A stretch of DNA of 64,000 nucleotides, taken from contig CAYPEN010000002.1 in the NCBI GenBank assembly GCA_964409875.1, forward strand, positions 65,067-129,066. The letters run 5' to 3'. The notes under the pieces were generated by a model. That model was not told the DNA's origin. It searched no databases and saw only the letters and a list, made by a program, of their open reading frames with translations. The position numbers and the translations under genes were made by a program. Source of the DNA: an uncultured Gammaproteobacteria bacterium. Lineage in GTDB: Bacteria > Patescibacteriota > Microgenomatia > Levybacterales > GWA1-39-11. The first letter of the stretch is position 1; the number at the start of each line of letters is the position of its first letter. Below, in pieces: positions 1 through 9,760 of the stretch.

Positions 1-214
1 TGACCGTAAGAATTTCAGGCACAAACCCATGCACCGTTACCATTACTGTTTCATAAGGAACAGGAGTTGGTGTGGGAGTGGACTTATTAGTGCGTGTTGC
101 TGATGTGCTTGGACCCGTATTCTTTTGACTTGAAAGCATAAAAATAATAAGACCTAAAAGAATAATAGTTGCAGCCGCAAAAAAAATAAAAAAAGTTTTT
201 CTGCTACCCTTCAT
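1..214 (-). CDS. Partial (runs off window) membrane-anchored cupredoxin-like protein
   Basis: Manual translation from ATG at 214 gives MKGSRKTFFIFFAAATIILLGLIIFMLSS...TPTPTP...VMVTVHGFVPEILTV: N-terminal TM, Pro/Thr linker and a GFxP..LTV motif also seen in 53138..53554. Confidence 0.6.
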   Translation of the reverse strand, partial: MKGSRKTFFIFFAAATIILLGLIIFMLSSQKNTGPSTSATRTNKSTPTPTPVPYETVMVTVHGFVPEILTV

Positions 215-301
215 ATATATTATATACTGCGTTCTTTATTTTGCGTTGTCAACCCTCAGTAAAATATTGACATTATAAATCAATTCCTGCTTAATCTAAT
301 T

Positions 302-1012
302 ATGGAGAACAAAAATTCAATTAATTTTTTTTATATTATAGGTGCAGGATTTGCACTTAGTATCATTGTAATTCTTACGCTTGCTCTATATATAAACTAT
401 CTTTCTGTTAAAAAACAGGCTCCAAAATCTAAAGTTATCGTCAAGGAGCAGCTACCCAATACAATTATACCTGTCAAAAAGGCTGCTATTGCACCAAATT
501 CCACATTACCATGCTCTAATTCTACAGTGTACACGGACCTATCCGAAGCATCAAAAAATCCTTCAGCAGTCTGTCACTTAATCTTAAATGACAAAAACCT
601 CAGTAGTATTCCTGACGATTTTTCAAAATTCACGCATCTTACTGAACTTTCCCTGAATCACAATCAATTATCCGAAATACCAACACAAATTCTAAAACTT
701 AAAAATCTTGTACGGCTTGATATTGCAGGAAATAAAATTTCATCTATTCCAAAAGAAATTTCATCCCTCTCAAACCTTCAGATATTAAATCTGACAAATA
801 ATAATCTAACCTCATTAGATGAGAAAATAACCGAATTGCGGTATCTTACGGTTTTACAGCTTGCCGGCAATAATATTACAAGTCTTCCACAAAATATAGA
901 AAATATGCCGTATCTTTCACTGCTTACTTTGCCAAAAAATAATTTTTACAACAAAGACAAAATAGATTACCTGAAGAAAACATTACCACATACAAAAATA
1001 TCTTTTTTCTAA
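302..1012 (+). CDS. Leucine-rich repeat protein with N-terminal membrane anchor
   Basis: Repeated LxxLxLxxNxLxxIP motifs (LTELSLNHNQLSEIP, LVRLDIAGNKISSIP, LQILNLTNNNL) and a TM helix at about aa 9-33. Confidence 0.9.
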   Translation: MENKNSINFFYIIGAGFALSIIVILTLALYINYLSVKKQAPKSKVIVKEQLPNTIIPVKKAAIAPNSTLPCSNSTVYTDLSEASKNPSAVCHLILNDKNLSSIPDDFSKFTHLTELSLNHNQLSEIPTQILKLKNLVRLDIAGNKISSIPKEISSLSNLQILNLTNNNLTSLDEKITELRYLTVLQLAGNNITSLPQNIENMPYLSLLTLPKNNFYNKDKIDYLKKTLPHTKISFF

Positions 1013-1044
1013 CGACAAAAGTCATTTTCCATTAAAGATAAATA

Positions 1045-2667
1045 ATGCAAAAAGCTCCTACGATTTACCATCTCTCAAAGCTTAAAATATTTATCCTCCC
1101 ACATATATATGTAATTACTCTTTCTTTCATCTTAATAGCTCTCTTTTTTATAAGAGTTTACAAACTTACAGATATACCAGCTGGATTTTCTTTTGATGAA
1201 GCTTCAATTGGATATAATGCATACTCAATTCTTACTAACGGACATGATGAGTATGGAATATTTTTTCCTTCATATTTTAAGGCATTTGGAGAATATAAGA
1301 ACCCTGTCCAGATTTATAGCACAATTCCTTTCGTTGCAATCCTTGGTCTTAATGAACATTCTGTAAGGCTTGTATCCGTTGTCTATGGAATTGCTTCAGT
1401 TTATGCAATTTATCTATTAACAAAGCTTTTTGTGAATACAAAGAAAAGCATTGCCGGCATTATTGCAGCAATTGCGCTGGGAATTGTGCCATGGCATTTT
1501 CATCTAAGCAGGTTTTCTCTTGAAGCCATGATGCCCTACCTTCTTTTTGTCATCTTGGGGACTTATTTTTTCCTCAAAAAATTTTCTCAAAGAAATATCC
1601 TTCTTAGTGGTATTTTTTTTGTTTTGGCTGTTTATAGTTATTTTCCTTCCCGTATCTTTGTTCCCCTATTTGTGATATCTCTATCAATAATTTATAAATC
1701 AAAGCTGATAAGAAATTGGAAGCCTACTCTTTTGGCCCTTATTTTTTCATTAATGCTTCTGTCTCCTTTTTTTATCCATTCTTTCTCGCCGGAAGGCATG
1801 ACACGCTGGAACTCAGTAAGTATTTTCGTCAACGGACCTGATAATAAAAGCAAAATACTCCCTCTCATAGTAAATAACTACCTCAGTCATTTTTCGTATG
1901 ATTTTCTTTTCAAAAAGGGAGATATCGACATGCCAGGACAGTCTTTTACTATGTATTCTGTCAGAGGATTTGGTGAACTTTACAAATTTCAACTCCCTTT
2001 TGCACTCCTTGGCGGTCTCTATTTGATTTACCGGCGTAAATACCGGCTTTTTGCAGTTATTTCTTCCTGGCTTTTACTGTATCCGCTTGGAAGTTGTTTT
2101 ACAACTGCAATAAGCGCACAAGCAACACGCTCTATAATAGGCGTTGTACCTTTTCAGATTCTAACAGCTTTGGGAATAATGTGGGTTGCGTATTCTATAA
2201 GAAATATCAAAGCCAGAACAATTTTTATTGTAGTTCTTGCTTGTGTCGCACTTTTCTCATTTTTTAAATTTCTCAACTCTTTTTATACAAAGTATCCGCT
2301 CTATTCATCCGGCACATGGGGATGGCAATACGGAGCAAGAGAAATTTTGTCTTATTACAAAAACCATCAAAATGAATATGACCTCTTGCTCTTTCCGCCG
2401 GAATTTAACGCTGCTGACATATTTATCAAGTTTTATGCTCCTAACTGTGCTAAATGTAAAGTAGGTATTCCTGACTCATTTAGTATTACTGCAAATCAAC
2501 GCATACTATATGCTATGTCACCCATGAACCACATGATGTACCCAAATTTTAATCTAAAAGAAGTAAAAACCCTTTACTACCCTGATGGAAAAGTTGCATT
2601 TATTATTGGAGAGATACAAAAAGATATAAAACCAAGCTCGGTTAATGCTATCTCAAGACCATTTTAG
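1045..2667 (+). CDS. ArnT/PMT-like GT-C membrane glycosyltransferase
   Basis: Multi-TM protein with a loop motif P.G...DEA..GYNAYSIL..G.DEYG typical of the family 39/83-like enzymes. Confidence 0.85.
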   Translation: MQKAPTIYHLSKLKIFILPHIYVITLSFILIALFFIRVYKLTDIPAGFSFDEASIGYNAYSILTNGHDEYGIFFPSYFKAFGEYKNPVQIYSTIPFVAILGLNEHSVRLVSVVYGIASVYAIYLLTKLFVNTKKSIAGIIAAIALGIVPWHFHLSRFSLEAMMPYLLFVILGTYFFLKKFSQRNILLSGIFFVLAVYSYFPSRIFVPLFVISLSIIYKSKLIRNWKPTLLALIFSLMLLSPFFIHSFSPEGMTRWNSVSIFVNGPDNKSKILPLIVNNYLSHFSYDFLFKKGDIDMPGQSFTMYSVRGFGELYKFQLPFALLGGLYLIYRRKYRLFAVISSWLLLYPLGSCFTTAISAQATRSIIGVVPFQILTALGIMWVAYSIRNIKARTIFIVVLACVALFSFFKFLNSFYTKYPLYSSGTWGWQYGAREILSYYKNHQNEYDLLLFPPEFNAADIFIKFYAPNCAKCKVGIPDSFSITANQRILYAMSPMNHMMYPNFNLKEVKTLYYPDGKVAFIIGEIQKDIKPSSVNAISRPF

Positions 2668-2673
2668 TAGAAA

Positions 2674-5600
2674 TTACTGGCACACAGCGGCATTAGGAGT
2701 ATTTAATTTACTTGAAACACCCGACCCCAATCCTTGATTCCCTAAGAGGCTACCCCAACACTTTATTGTCCCTGAACTTGTTCTCCCACAGATAAGATAC
2801 TCATTACTACTAAGACTTGTTATTCCATTTACCACACTTGTTGTAAGAAATGTAGTACTACTTGTCGGAGATGAACCCCACAAAGTACCAGAACCGGAAC
2901 ATTTTACACTCCCATCTCCTAAAACGGCGCAGATTGCATCTCTTAGACCAGCAAATCCTACTACATTTGTAAGGCCGGTTGGGACTACGGGTGAATTAGT
3001 AGAATAGGTAGAACCGTTTCCCAATTGGCCTGATGAATTAGCACCCCAACATTTAGCGGTAGAATCAGAAAGTACAGCACAAACATTAAAAGAGAACGAA
3101 TATACTTTCGTTGCTGTCGATATGCCTGAAACCTGAACAGGAACAGTCGTATCAGAGTTGGAGCCGTTACCTAATGCGCCGTCGGTTCCAGAACCCCAAC
3201 ACCATACGGTTCCATCACTTTTTACAGCGCAGGCAACATCTGTTCCGACTGACACATCAACTGCCGTAGTTATTCCCGAAACTTGAACAGGTATTGTAGT
3301 GTTTGTAGTGGAACCATTACCTAATTTTGAAGCCTGACCGCTTCCCCAAGGGTCAGCATATCCCCAACACCATATAGTATTATTATTCTTAAGTGCGCAG
3401 GCGGTTCCTCCTGACGTAGATACTTTGGTTATATTTGTAAGTCCTGAAATTTGATTTGGAGTACCTGACTCAGATGATAAACCATTTGCATATCTACTAC
3501 CCCAACATTTTACTGTGTTATCAGTAAGCAACGCACATCTGCCACCATAACCAACAGAGACTTTAGATGCATTAATTATACCAACAGAAACAGGCTCCCA
3601 TGAACCCACATCGTTTGTTACACCATTACCTAGCTGTCCACTACCATTTGTACCCCAACACTTAACTCTTCCATTACTGAGTGCAGCACAATTTCCATAA
3701 TCCCCTCCACCACCACTCATATAGTCTACCGCAGTAGTGATGCCATATACGGTTGATGCAGCATTGGTAGTATCAGTTCCTCCTCCAAATTGTGACAATA
3801 TACTTCTACCTCCCCAAAATCTAATTGTCCCATTGCTTAAGACTACTCCAGCTAAGTCTGCTGGTCCATACCCTGGTATAAGTGTTGAAGCAGTAGTTAT
3901 CCCACTAACCGTTCTTGGTTGATACAAGGGACTATTCGAATAATATGAAATAGGATCCCCACTACCTAACTGTCCGTAATCATTATATCCCCAACACATT
4001 ACGGTTCCATTCGATAAGAGTGCACATGGACCACCATCATGAGTTGAAACATCGATAGCGGTTGTTATCCCTGTAACTGATGTTCCCGGTGTACTTTGGC
4101 TCGAACTATTTCCGTTCCCTAACATTGAAGCATCTCCCCAGCATTTTATTGTGTTATCTGAAAGAAGTATACATGAACCTCGAAAGCCATCAGTAGCAAC
4201 CTTTGATGCAGTTGTAATTCCTGTAACAACAACCGGAGTTGAGCTCTGGGTATTAATACCGTCGCCCAAACCACCTGAGTTCATACCCCAACACTTTACT
4301 GTGCCGTCATTAAGTCTAGCGCATGATGAATACCATCCTGTACTAATTTGAGTTGCGGTAGAAATGCCTGTTACATCTACAGGGGTTGAAGAATTGCTAG
4401 TGCCGCCGTTTCCGAGTTGACTATAGGCACCCCAACCCCAACATTTAACACCCCCCGTACTGAGGAGTGCGCAGGTATGATCGCTCCCCAGGTTAACCAT
4501 AGTTGCATTTGATATACCTGTTACAGTTACAGGAGTTGAAGAGCTATAAGTGTTACCATTCCCGAGTTGGCCTGAGTAACCATTCCCCCAGCACTTTATC
4601 GTCTTATCAGAAAGAATTGCGCACGCGTGACTGCTGCCTACAGAGACCGAAGTTGCATTGCTTATTCCCGACACAGTCACCGGTACACTTGACTCTGTTG
4701 TAGTACCGTTTCCGAGTTGGCCATAATAGTTGTACCCCCAACATTTAACATTACCTGAAACGACCATGCAAACACTATTCCCCCCAATTGAAATTGAGGT
4801 TGGAGATGCTGCAAGTGGAGTGGACTTTGCAGCATTGGCATCACTGCAATCTTGTCCTGCAGTGACGCTATAACCACTGGGCAATGACGACCCTGTGCAA
4901 ACCGATGTAGAATTAAATGTGTATACACCATCTCCATCCAAATCCCTATATCCGGTTAGGTTTTGCCATTTGGCTGCATCAACATCATCACAATCACTAC
5001 CACTGGAGGTCAAAGTATAACCTGAAGGAACACTTACTCCTATGCACTGAGAAAAACCACTCCCCGTATACCCATCTCCGTCGAGGTCAGGGTATATAGT
5101 AGGATTACGGTACAATGATGCTGATGTATCGTCACAATCCGAGCTTCCTAAAGCAAGAGTTGTATTGGTAAGGATATATGAACCCGAAGAACTTTTGTAA
5201 TACGTTCTTGAGCCAACCACAGAAGTGTTCCCAACACAAGTCATTGCGCCGGAGCCTACATAATATCCATCCTGGTCGTTATCAACCGCTAGATTTGCTA
5301 CATTCTGAAATATATTAACATTTGCGTCATTACAGTCGGTAGATGCCGGGTTTGCGATATAATTTGATGGCAAACTATTCCCAGAGCAGATAGGTTGCGT
5401 AACAAGTGTTGCTGCATATCCATCTCCATCGCTGTCAGATGCCCCCGGCAAAAGTTGCCATTTTGTTCCATCATTTGGGGAACAGTCAATAAGTCCCGAT
5501 GTATTAAGATTCCGTCTCATGTATCCCGATTGGGGTGAGGTTGAAATTATTTGGGCAGTGTTATTAGCATTATCGGGCAGGCCATCACCATCTGTATCAG

Positions 5601-6837
5601 GTATCCATACTGCACCACGTACAATACTACCACCTGCAAATTTCACAATACTTGCACCCGGCATATAAAGAATTCCATACGCGATTCTTTGACCGCTATT
5701 AATAGTAAGCGTTTTTCCCTTATCTATAGTAAGTATTCCAGTATTGCTTTGCCCGCTTCCCCTATCTATCCCATCAACGGTTGAAGGAAATGAACAGCTT
5801 GATAAAATTGTATAATCATTGTCTGGATTATTTGACAGACATTTTGAACTTCCAGTCTGTGTAAAACTATTAACAGTTCCATATGTTATACCCATAGAAT
5901 TTACTGCAATCGGGCAATAATAATACGTATTACCCGGAATAAGACCGGTAACAGTCTTTGACAACGAGTTATTCGCCCCTACTCCATTAAATAAGGATGT
6001 ATCAGTTATATTCGGTAAATTTTGACAAGATGTATTTTGGGTTCCCCATAAAAAGTAGGCGGTTGTATTTGCATTATTATCTCCAACAGTTGCTGTTAGG
6101 CTTGTCGAAATAGCATCTACATTGCTATTCCCAATGGAGCTTATTGATGGAGCCGATTGCATTGTATATAAAGTTGCAGTGTCCGTCTTTGTGGGACTGT
6201 TTACTGCATTTATATCGGCAGTAGCTAATAACCCGGTGTCGTCCTCTACTCCTGCAGTCACTGTATTCCCGTTAGTAGAAGTTGTTCCACCATAATGTAT
6301 TTCAATGTTGTTAGTAGTCTCATATAACTTAATTTCAAAATTGACATCAGCAGAGTTGCCGCAACATCTCGGTATTCCACTGAATTGCACGATAAATCTC
6401 CTATTTGGTGCTGTACCAAGAGTTGTATATTGTATGGTCCCGTTTCCCGGCGGATAAAGATCTGTCCACCATCCGGCAATAATATTATTAATAGAAGCCC
6501 CAGGTAAAGTAGCTCCGCTGCAGCAACCACTACTACTTAAACTCGTGTTAAATGATATAAACCCATTACTTGAAACAATAAGTTGATTATAGGAATTACC
6601 ATAAAAACTGAAGTTAAAAGGCATAGTAATTATTGAAGATAGTGCATCATCACTGAGGGATAAGGTCGTTCCTGTAAATGTTTCCCAGTTGACAGAAATA
6701 GTCTGTGTTATATATGTACCAGTTCCAGCATAAATACTTGAAGGAGTAAAAAAGAAGAGAAAAAACAAAAAAACACCGGTAACAATTTTTAGCTTATACG
6801 ATCTAGGGAGCAAATTTATGAGCAGGTTTTTATTCAT
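2674..6837 (-). CDS. Large secreted multidomain protein: N-terminal beta domain, FN3-like domain, DxDGDG/DCxD repeats, about 12-13 RCC1/BLIP-II repeats
   Basis: Signal peptide ending IYA; repeated DLDGDGY...DCDD motifs; many VKCWG.N..GQLGNG repeats. Confidence 0.85.
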   Translation of the reverse strand: MNKNLLINLLPRSYKLKIVTGVFLFFLFFFTPSSIYAGTGTYITQTISVNWETFTGTTLSLSDDALSSIITMPFNFSFYGNSYNQLIVSSNGFISFNTSLSSSGCCSGATLPGASINNIIAGWWTDLYPPGNGTIQYTTLGTAPNRRFIVQFSGIPRCCGNSADVNFEIKLYETTNNIEIHYGGTTSTNGNTVTAGVEDDTGLLATADINAVNSPTKTDTATLYTMQSAPSISSIGNSNVDAISTSLTATVGDNNANTTAYFLWGTQNTSCQNLPNITDTSLFNGVGANNSLSKTVTGLIPGNTYYYCPIAVNSMGITYGTVNSFTQTGSSKCLSNNPDNDYTILSSCSFPSTVDGIDRGSGQSNTGILTIDKGKTLTINSGQRIAYGILYMPGASIVKFAGGSIVRGAVWIPDTDGDGLPDNANNTAQIISTSPQSGYMRRNLNTSGLIDCSPNDGTKWQLLPGASDSDGDGYAATLVTQPICSGNSLPSNYIANPASTDCNDANVNIFQNVANLAVDNDQDGYYVGSGAMTCVGNTSVVGSRTYYKSSSGSYILTNTTLALGSSDCDDTSASLYRNPTIYPDLDGDGYTGSGFSQCIGVSVPSGYTLTSSGSDCDDVDAAKWQNLTGYRDLDGDGVYTFNSTSVCTGSSLPSGYSVTAGQDCSDANAAKSTPLAASPTSISIGGNSVCMVVSGNVKCWGYNYYGQLGNGTTTESSVPVTVSGISNATSVSVGSSHACAILSDKTIKCWGNGYSGQLGNGNTYSSSTPVTVTGISNATMVNLGSDHTCALLSTGGVKCWGWGAYSQLGNGGTSNSSTPVDVTGISTATQISTGWYSSCARLNDGTVKCWGMNSGGLGDGINTQSSTPVVVTGITTASKVATDGFRGSCILLSDNTIKCWGDASMLGNGNSSSQSTPGTSVTGITTAIDVSTHDGGPCALLSNGTVMCWGYNDYGQLGSGDPISYYSNSPLYQPRTVSGITTASTLIPGYGPADLAGVVLSNGTIRFWGGRSILSQFGGGTDTTNAASTVYGITTAVDYMSGGGGDYGNCAALSNGRVKCWGTNGSGQLGNGVTNDVGSWEPVSVGIINASKVSVGYGGRCALLTDNTVKCWGSRYANGLSSESGTPNQISGLTNITKVSTSGGTACALKNNNTIWCWGYADPWGSGQASKLGNGSTTNTTIPVQVSGITTAVDVSVGTDVACAVKSDGTVWCWGSGTDGALGNGSNSDTTVPVQVSGISTATKVYSFSFNVCAVLSDSTAKCWGANSSGQLGNGSTYSTNSPVVPTGLTNVVGFAGLRDAICAVLGDGSVKCSGSGTLWGSSPTSSTTFLTTSVVNGITSLSSNEYLICGRTSSGTIKCWGSLLGNQGLGSGVSSKLNTPNAAVCQ

Positions 6838-7015
6838 ACAATATACCTACTTTTAGAATAATCAATTCAAAATAGGCTGTCAATCAAAAAAATTTCCTTG
6901 ACAGACCTTTTTAAAATTTGCTATTGTGAGTATATTCCCTATTTAATGGAGTCCGTAATATTTTTTAAGCTTTTTTTAAGGGGTTGAACCGTTTAATGGA
7001 TAGAGAGACATTATT

Positions 7016-9178
7016 ATGAATACAAAATCTGCCTCATCATTTTTGACAAGTATTGCGACTGTTGTCACAGCCAGCATCTTTTTCCTATTTCCACTTTTTT
7101 TCCTGACCATAACAACCGACTTTTTTACATTCCCAAAACAAATCCTTATCGTCTTCGGAAGCCTCTTGCTTCTTGTTTTGTGGGGTGTGAAGGTTGTCAT
7201 TGACAAGCGGATAACGCTTGTAACAAATCCCCTGAATGTACCTATCCTTCTTTTTGCTCTCGTCTTAATCCTCTCTACATTTTTTTCTGCATCTCTTCAG
7301 GATGCAATTCTCCAGTCAACGCCGGTTATACTTCTGTGCGTCTTCTTTTTTACAACTGTAAATTTCATACAGGAAAAATCATCGTACGCGATAGTGCTTA
7401 CTTCTCTTATAATAGGAAGCTCTCTTTCTGCAGTGCTCAGTGTGTTCGCACATTTTAATGTGTATCTGCTTCCATTCGAAGCGGTAAAATCCCAAACGTT
7501 CAATACTCATGGCTCTCCTATTCAATACGCGGCATTTCTGCTTCCCTTGCTTGCGCTTTGCCTCACTTCCTTAATTACCATCGTTAAAAAGGGCAAACTG
7601 AACGCCATATCAAAGGATTACACAAAATTACTTCAACTGGGGGCTACTGTTATATTCGCAGTCGGACTTGGGTTGGTGGTATATCAAATTGCATCTTCTC
7701 CGCAAAAACCTATTTTGCTTCCTTTCAATCATGGCTTCCAGGTTGCTTTTGCAGCTATCAGTCAGGATTCGCAGCGTCTCGCACAGTCACTACTCGTTGG
7801 CTCAGGATACGGTACGTTCTCAACGGACTTTACACGGTATATCACCCCTACATTTAATACGTATTCGTTCTGGAATCTTACTTTTGCATTTTCTTCTTCA
7901 TATGTGTTGGAGCTCTTGGCAACAACCGGAGTTTTGGGACTTTTTGCTTTTGCCTTTATCTTTGTCAATCTCTTGAGAAGTAAAAGCAAAATTAGCAATC
8001 CGGTGTTTTTGGCAACGTTGGTCGTTTTTGGCCTTTCACTTGTTATTCCGTTCTCTTATTCGATGGTATTTTTGCTTTTCGCGCTTTTAAGCCTATTCGT
8101 CTCACATAGAAGTATTGAGAATGCAAAAGGCTTTGACACTATCAGCCTTAATTTAGTTGCCCTCAAACAAGGCCTTATTTCATTGGGGGAGGAACATGAA
8201 AAAAAGAAAGAAAATCTCGCCTTGCCGGTCATCATACTCGCCCTTACTCTATTGGTTTCAGTTTTCGTACTTTTCTACCTCACAGGGTCCGGTGCCACTC
8301 CACGAAAGGGATATGTTGCGCTGGTGAATTCCGATATCCTTTTTGCAAAATCCTTTACGCAACAAGCGTTGCGCTCGGGAACTGAAACATATAATCTGGA
8401 AACCCAAGCCATCAACGAGTATCCATATCGCAGTGACTATTACAGACTCTTTTCACAAATAAACCTGGCACTTGCTGCAAACATTGTCAATGCACAGCAA
8501 GGCAAAAAACCAACAGATGAGGTACAAAACAATATTATTGCACTTCTTCAACAAAGCATTAACAGCGCGCGTCAAGCGGTTACTCTCTCCCCATTTGTAT
8601 CAATAAATTGGCAGAATTTGGGACAAATCTACCGCAATCTTATCGGTGTCGGCCAAAATGCAGAACAGTTCGCTGTAGCCTCCTATAATCAAGCAATAAC
8701 CCTCAACCCCTCAAATCCAGGCCTTAGAATTGAACTTGGTGGGGTGTATTATCAGCTCAAGCAATGGGATTTGGCTCAAAACCAGTTCACAATTGCTGCA
8801 CAGCTTAAAAATGATTACGCCAATGCCTATTACAATTTAGGTCATGTTCTTGAAGAAAAAGGTGACCTTCAAAACGCGCTTACCCAATACCAAACAGTTC
8901 AGCAATTGGTCGCAAATGACAAGGCCAACCTTGATAAAATAACCTCTGAAATAAAAGCAGTTCAAGATAAAATAGGAAAAGCGCAAGCAAATATCCAAAC
9001 CAAAACCCCGACCGAAGACACTACACCTCTTGGGGTAGCAAAGCCTCAAGCTGAATTCCCTCCAAAAGATCCGCGCGTCAAGATACCTGAGCCTCCAAAA
9101 GGCAAGGTATCCCCTACCCCCAGCCCATCGGTAAGCCCAACGGCAAGTCCCTCACCGAGCGCAGAACCTAACCAATAG
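7016..9178 (+). CDS. O-antigen ligase-like membrane protein with C-terminal TPR repeats and a Pro/Ser tail
   Basis: About 12 TM helices, GSGYGTF and ELLATTGVLG motifs, TPR motif ANAYYNLGHVLEEKG. Confidence 0.8.
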   Translation: MNTKSASSFLTSIATVVTASIFFLFPLFFLTITTDFFTFPKQILIVFGSLLLLVLWGVKVVIDKRITLVTNPLNVPILLFALVLILSTFFSASLQDAILQSTPVILLCVFFFTTVNFIQEKSSYAIVLTSLIIGSSLSAVLSVFAHFNVYLLPFEAVKSQTFNTHGSPIQYAAFLLPLLALCLTSLITIVKKGKLNAISKDYTKLLQLGATVIFAVGLGLVVYQIASSPQKPILLPFNHGFQVAFAAISQDSQRLAQSLLVGSGYGTFSTDFTRYITPTFNTYSFWNLTFAFSSSYVLELLATTGVLGLFAFAFIFVNLLRSKSKISNPVFLATLVVFGLSLVIPFSYSMVFLLFALLSLFVSHRSIENAKGFDTISLNLVALKQGLISLGEEHEKKKENLALPVIILALTLLVSVFVLFYLTGSGATPRKGYVALVNSDILFAKSFTQQALRSGTETYNLETQAINEYPYRSDYYRLFSQINLALAANIVNAQQGKKPTDEVQNNIIALLQQSINSARQAVTLSPFVSINWQNLGQIYRNLIGVGQNAEQFAVASYNQAITLNPSNPGLRIELGGVYYQLKQWDLAQNQFTIAAQLKNDYANAYYNLGHVLEEKGDLQNALTQYQTVQQLVANDKANLDKITSEIKAVQDKIGKAQANIQTKTPTEDTTPLGVAKPQAEFPPKDPRVKIPEPPKGKVSPTPSPSVSPTASPSPSAEPNQ

Positions 9179-9223
9179 CTAATAGACAATAGCTGATAGT
9201 TGATAGTTAATAGCTAGTAGAGA
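9175..9223 (+). repeat. Tandem heptamer array (ATAGYTR-like, 7 units)
   Basis: ATAGCTA ATAGACA ATAGCTG ATAGTTG ATAGTTA ATAGCTA GTAGAGA read directly from the sequence. Confidence 0.85.
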
Positions 9224-9234
9224 ATAATGAATTC

Positions 9235-9606
9235 ATGGCGAATATTTCCTCGTTTAGAGATTTACTTGTGTGGCAAGAAGGACATAAACTTGTAATTTCT
9301 ATCTATCAACTAACTCAAAATTTTCCAGCAAATGAGCAATTTGGGTTAACCAATCAGTTGCGTCGAGCTAAGGTTTCTATAACTAGTAATATTGCTGAAG
9401 GTTTCGTACGAAAGAATAAGAAGGAAAAAATACAATTCTATTTTATGTCTTTAGGTTCATTAGCTGAAGTTCAAAACCAAATACTTATTGCTCTTGATGT
9501 TAAATATATCAAAAGTCAAGATTATGAAAAAGTATTTGAGCAAACAGAAACCATAGGTAGATTGTTAAATAGCCTTATTAAGGCTACAAATAATCGATCT
9601 TTCTAA
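9235..9606 (+). CDS. Four-helix bundle protein (23S rRNA-IVS protein / bAvd-like fold family)
   Basis: Family motifs SFRDLLVWQ, FP..EQFGLTNQLRRA.VSITSNIAEG and GSLAEVQNQ. Confidence 0.92.
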   Translation: MANISSFRDLLVWQEGHKLVISIYQLTQNFPANEQFGLTNQLRRAKVSITSNIAEGFVRKNKKEKIQFYFMSLGSLAEVQNQILIALDVKYIKSQDYEKVFEQTETIGRLLNSLIKATNNRSF

Positions 9607-9622
9607 ACCCCTCCAATTTTAA

Positions 9623-9650
9623 CAGCTAATATCTACTAACTATCAGCTAG
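9623..9650 (-). repeat. Inverted heptamer array (4 units), same family as 9175..9223
   Basis: CAGCTAA TATCTAC TAACTAT CAGCTAG; the reverse complement is CTAGCTG ATAGTTA GTAGATA TTAGCTG. Confidence 0.75.
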
Positions 9651-9760
9651 TATTTCTTTTCCCCTAATGGAGAAAAGAAAGTGGGTCAGAAGCTCGACCC
9701 TTTACCCTAATATAGGAATGACAGAGGGTCGTTTCGCAACCCATTAAGCTAGATAACAAC

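Noticed and set aside
9235-9606. Diversity-generating retroelement (Avd-like gene)
   Set aside because: There is no reverse transcriptase and no TR/VR pair with adenine-specific mismatches in the window.
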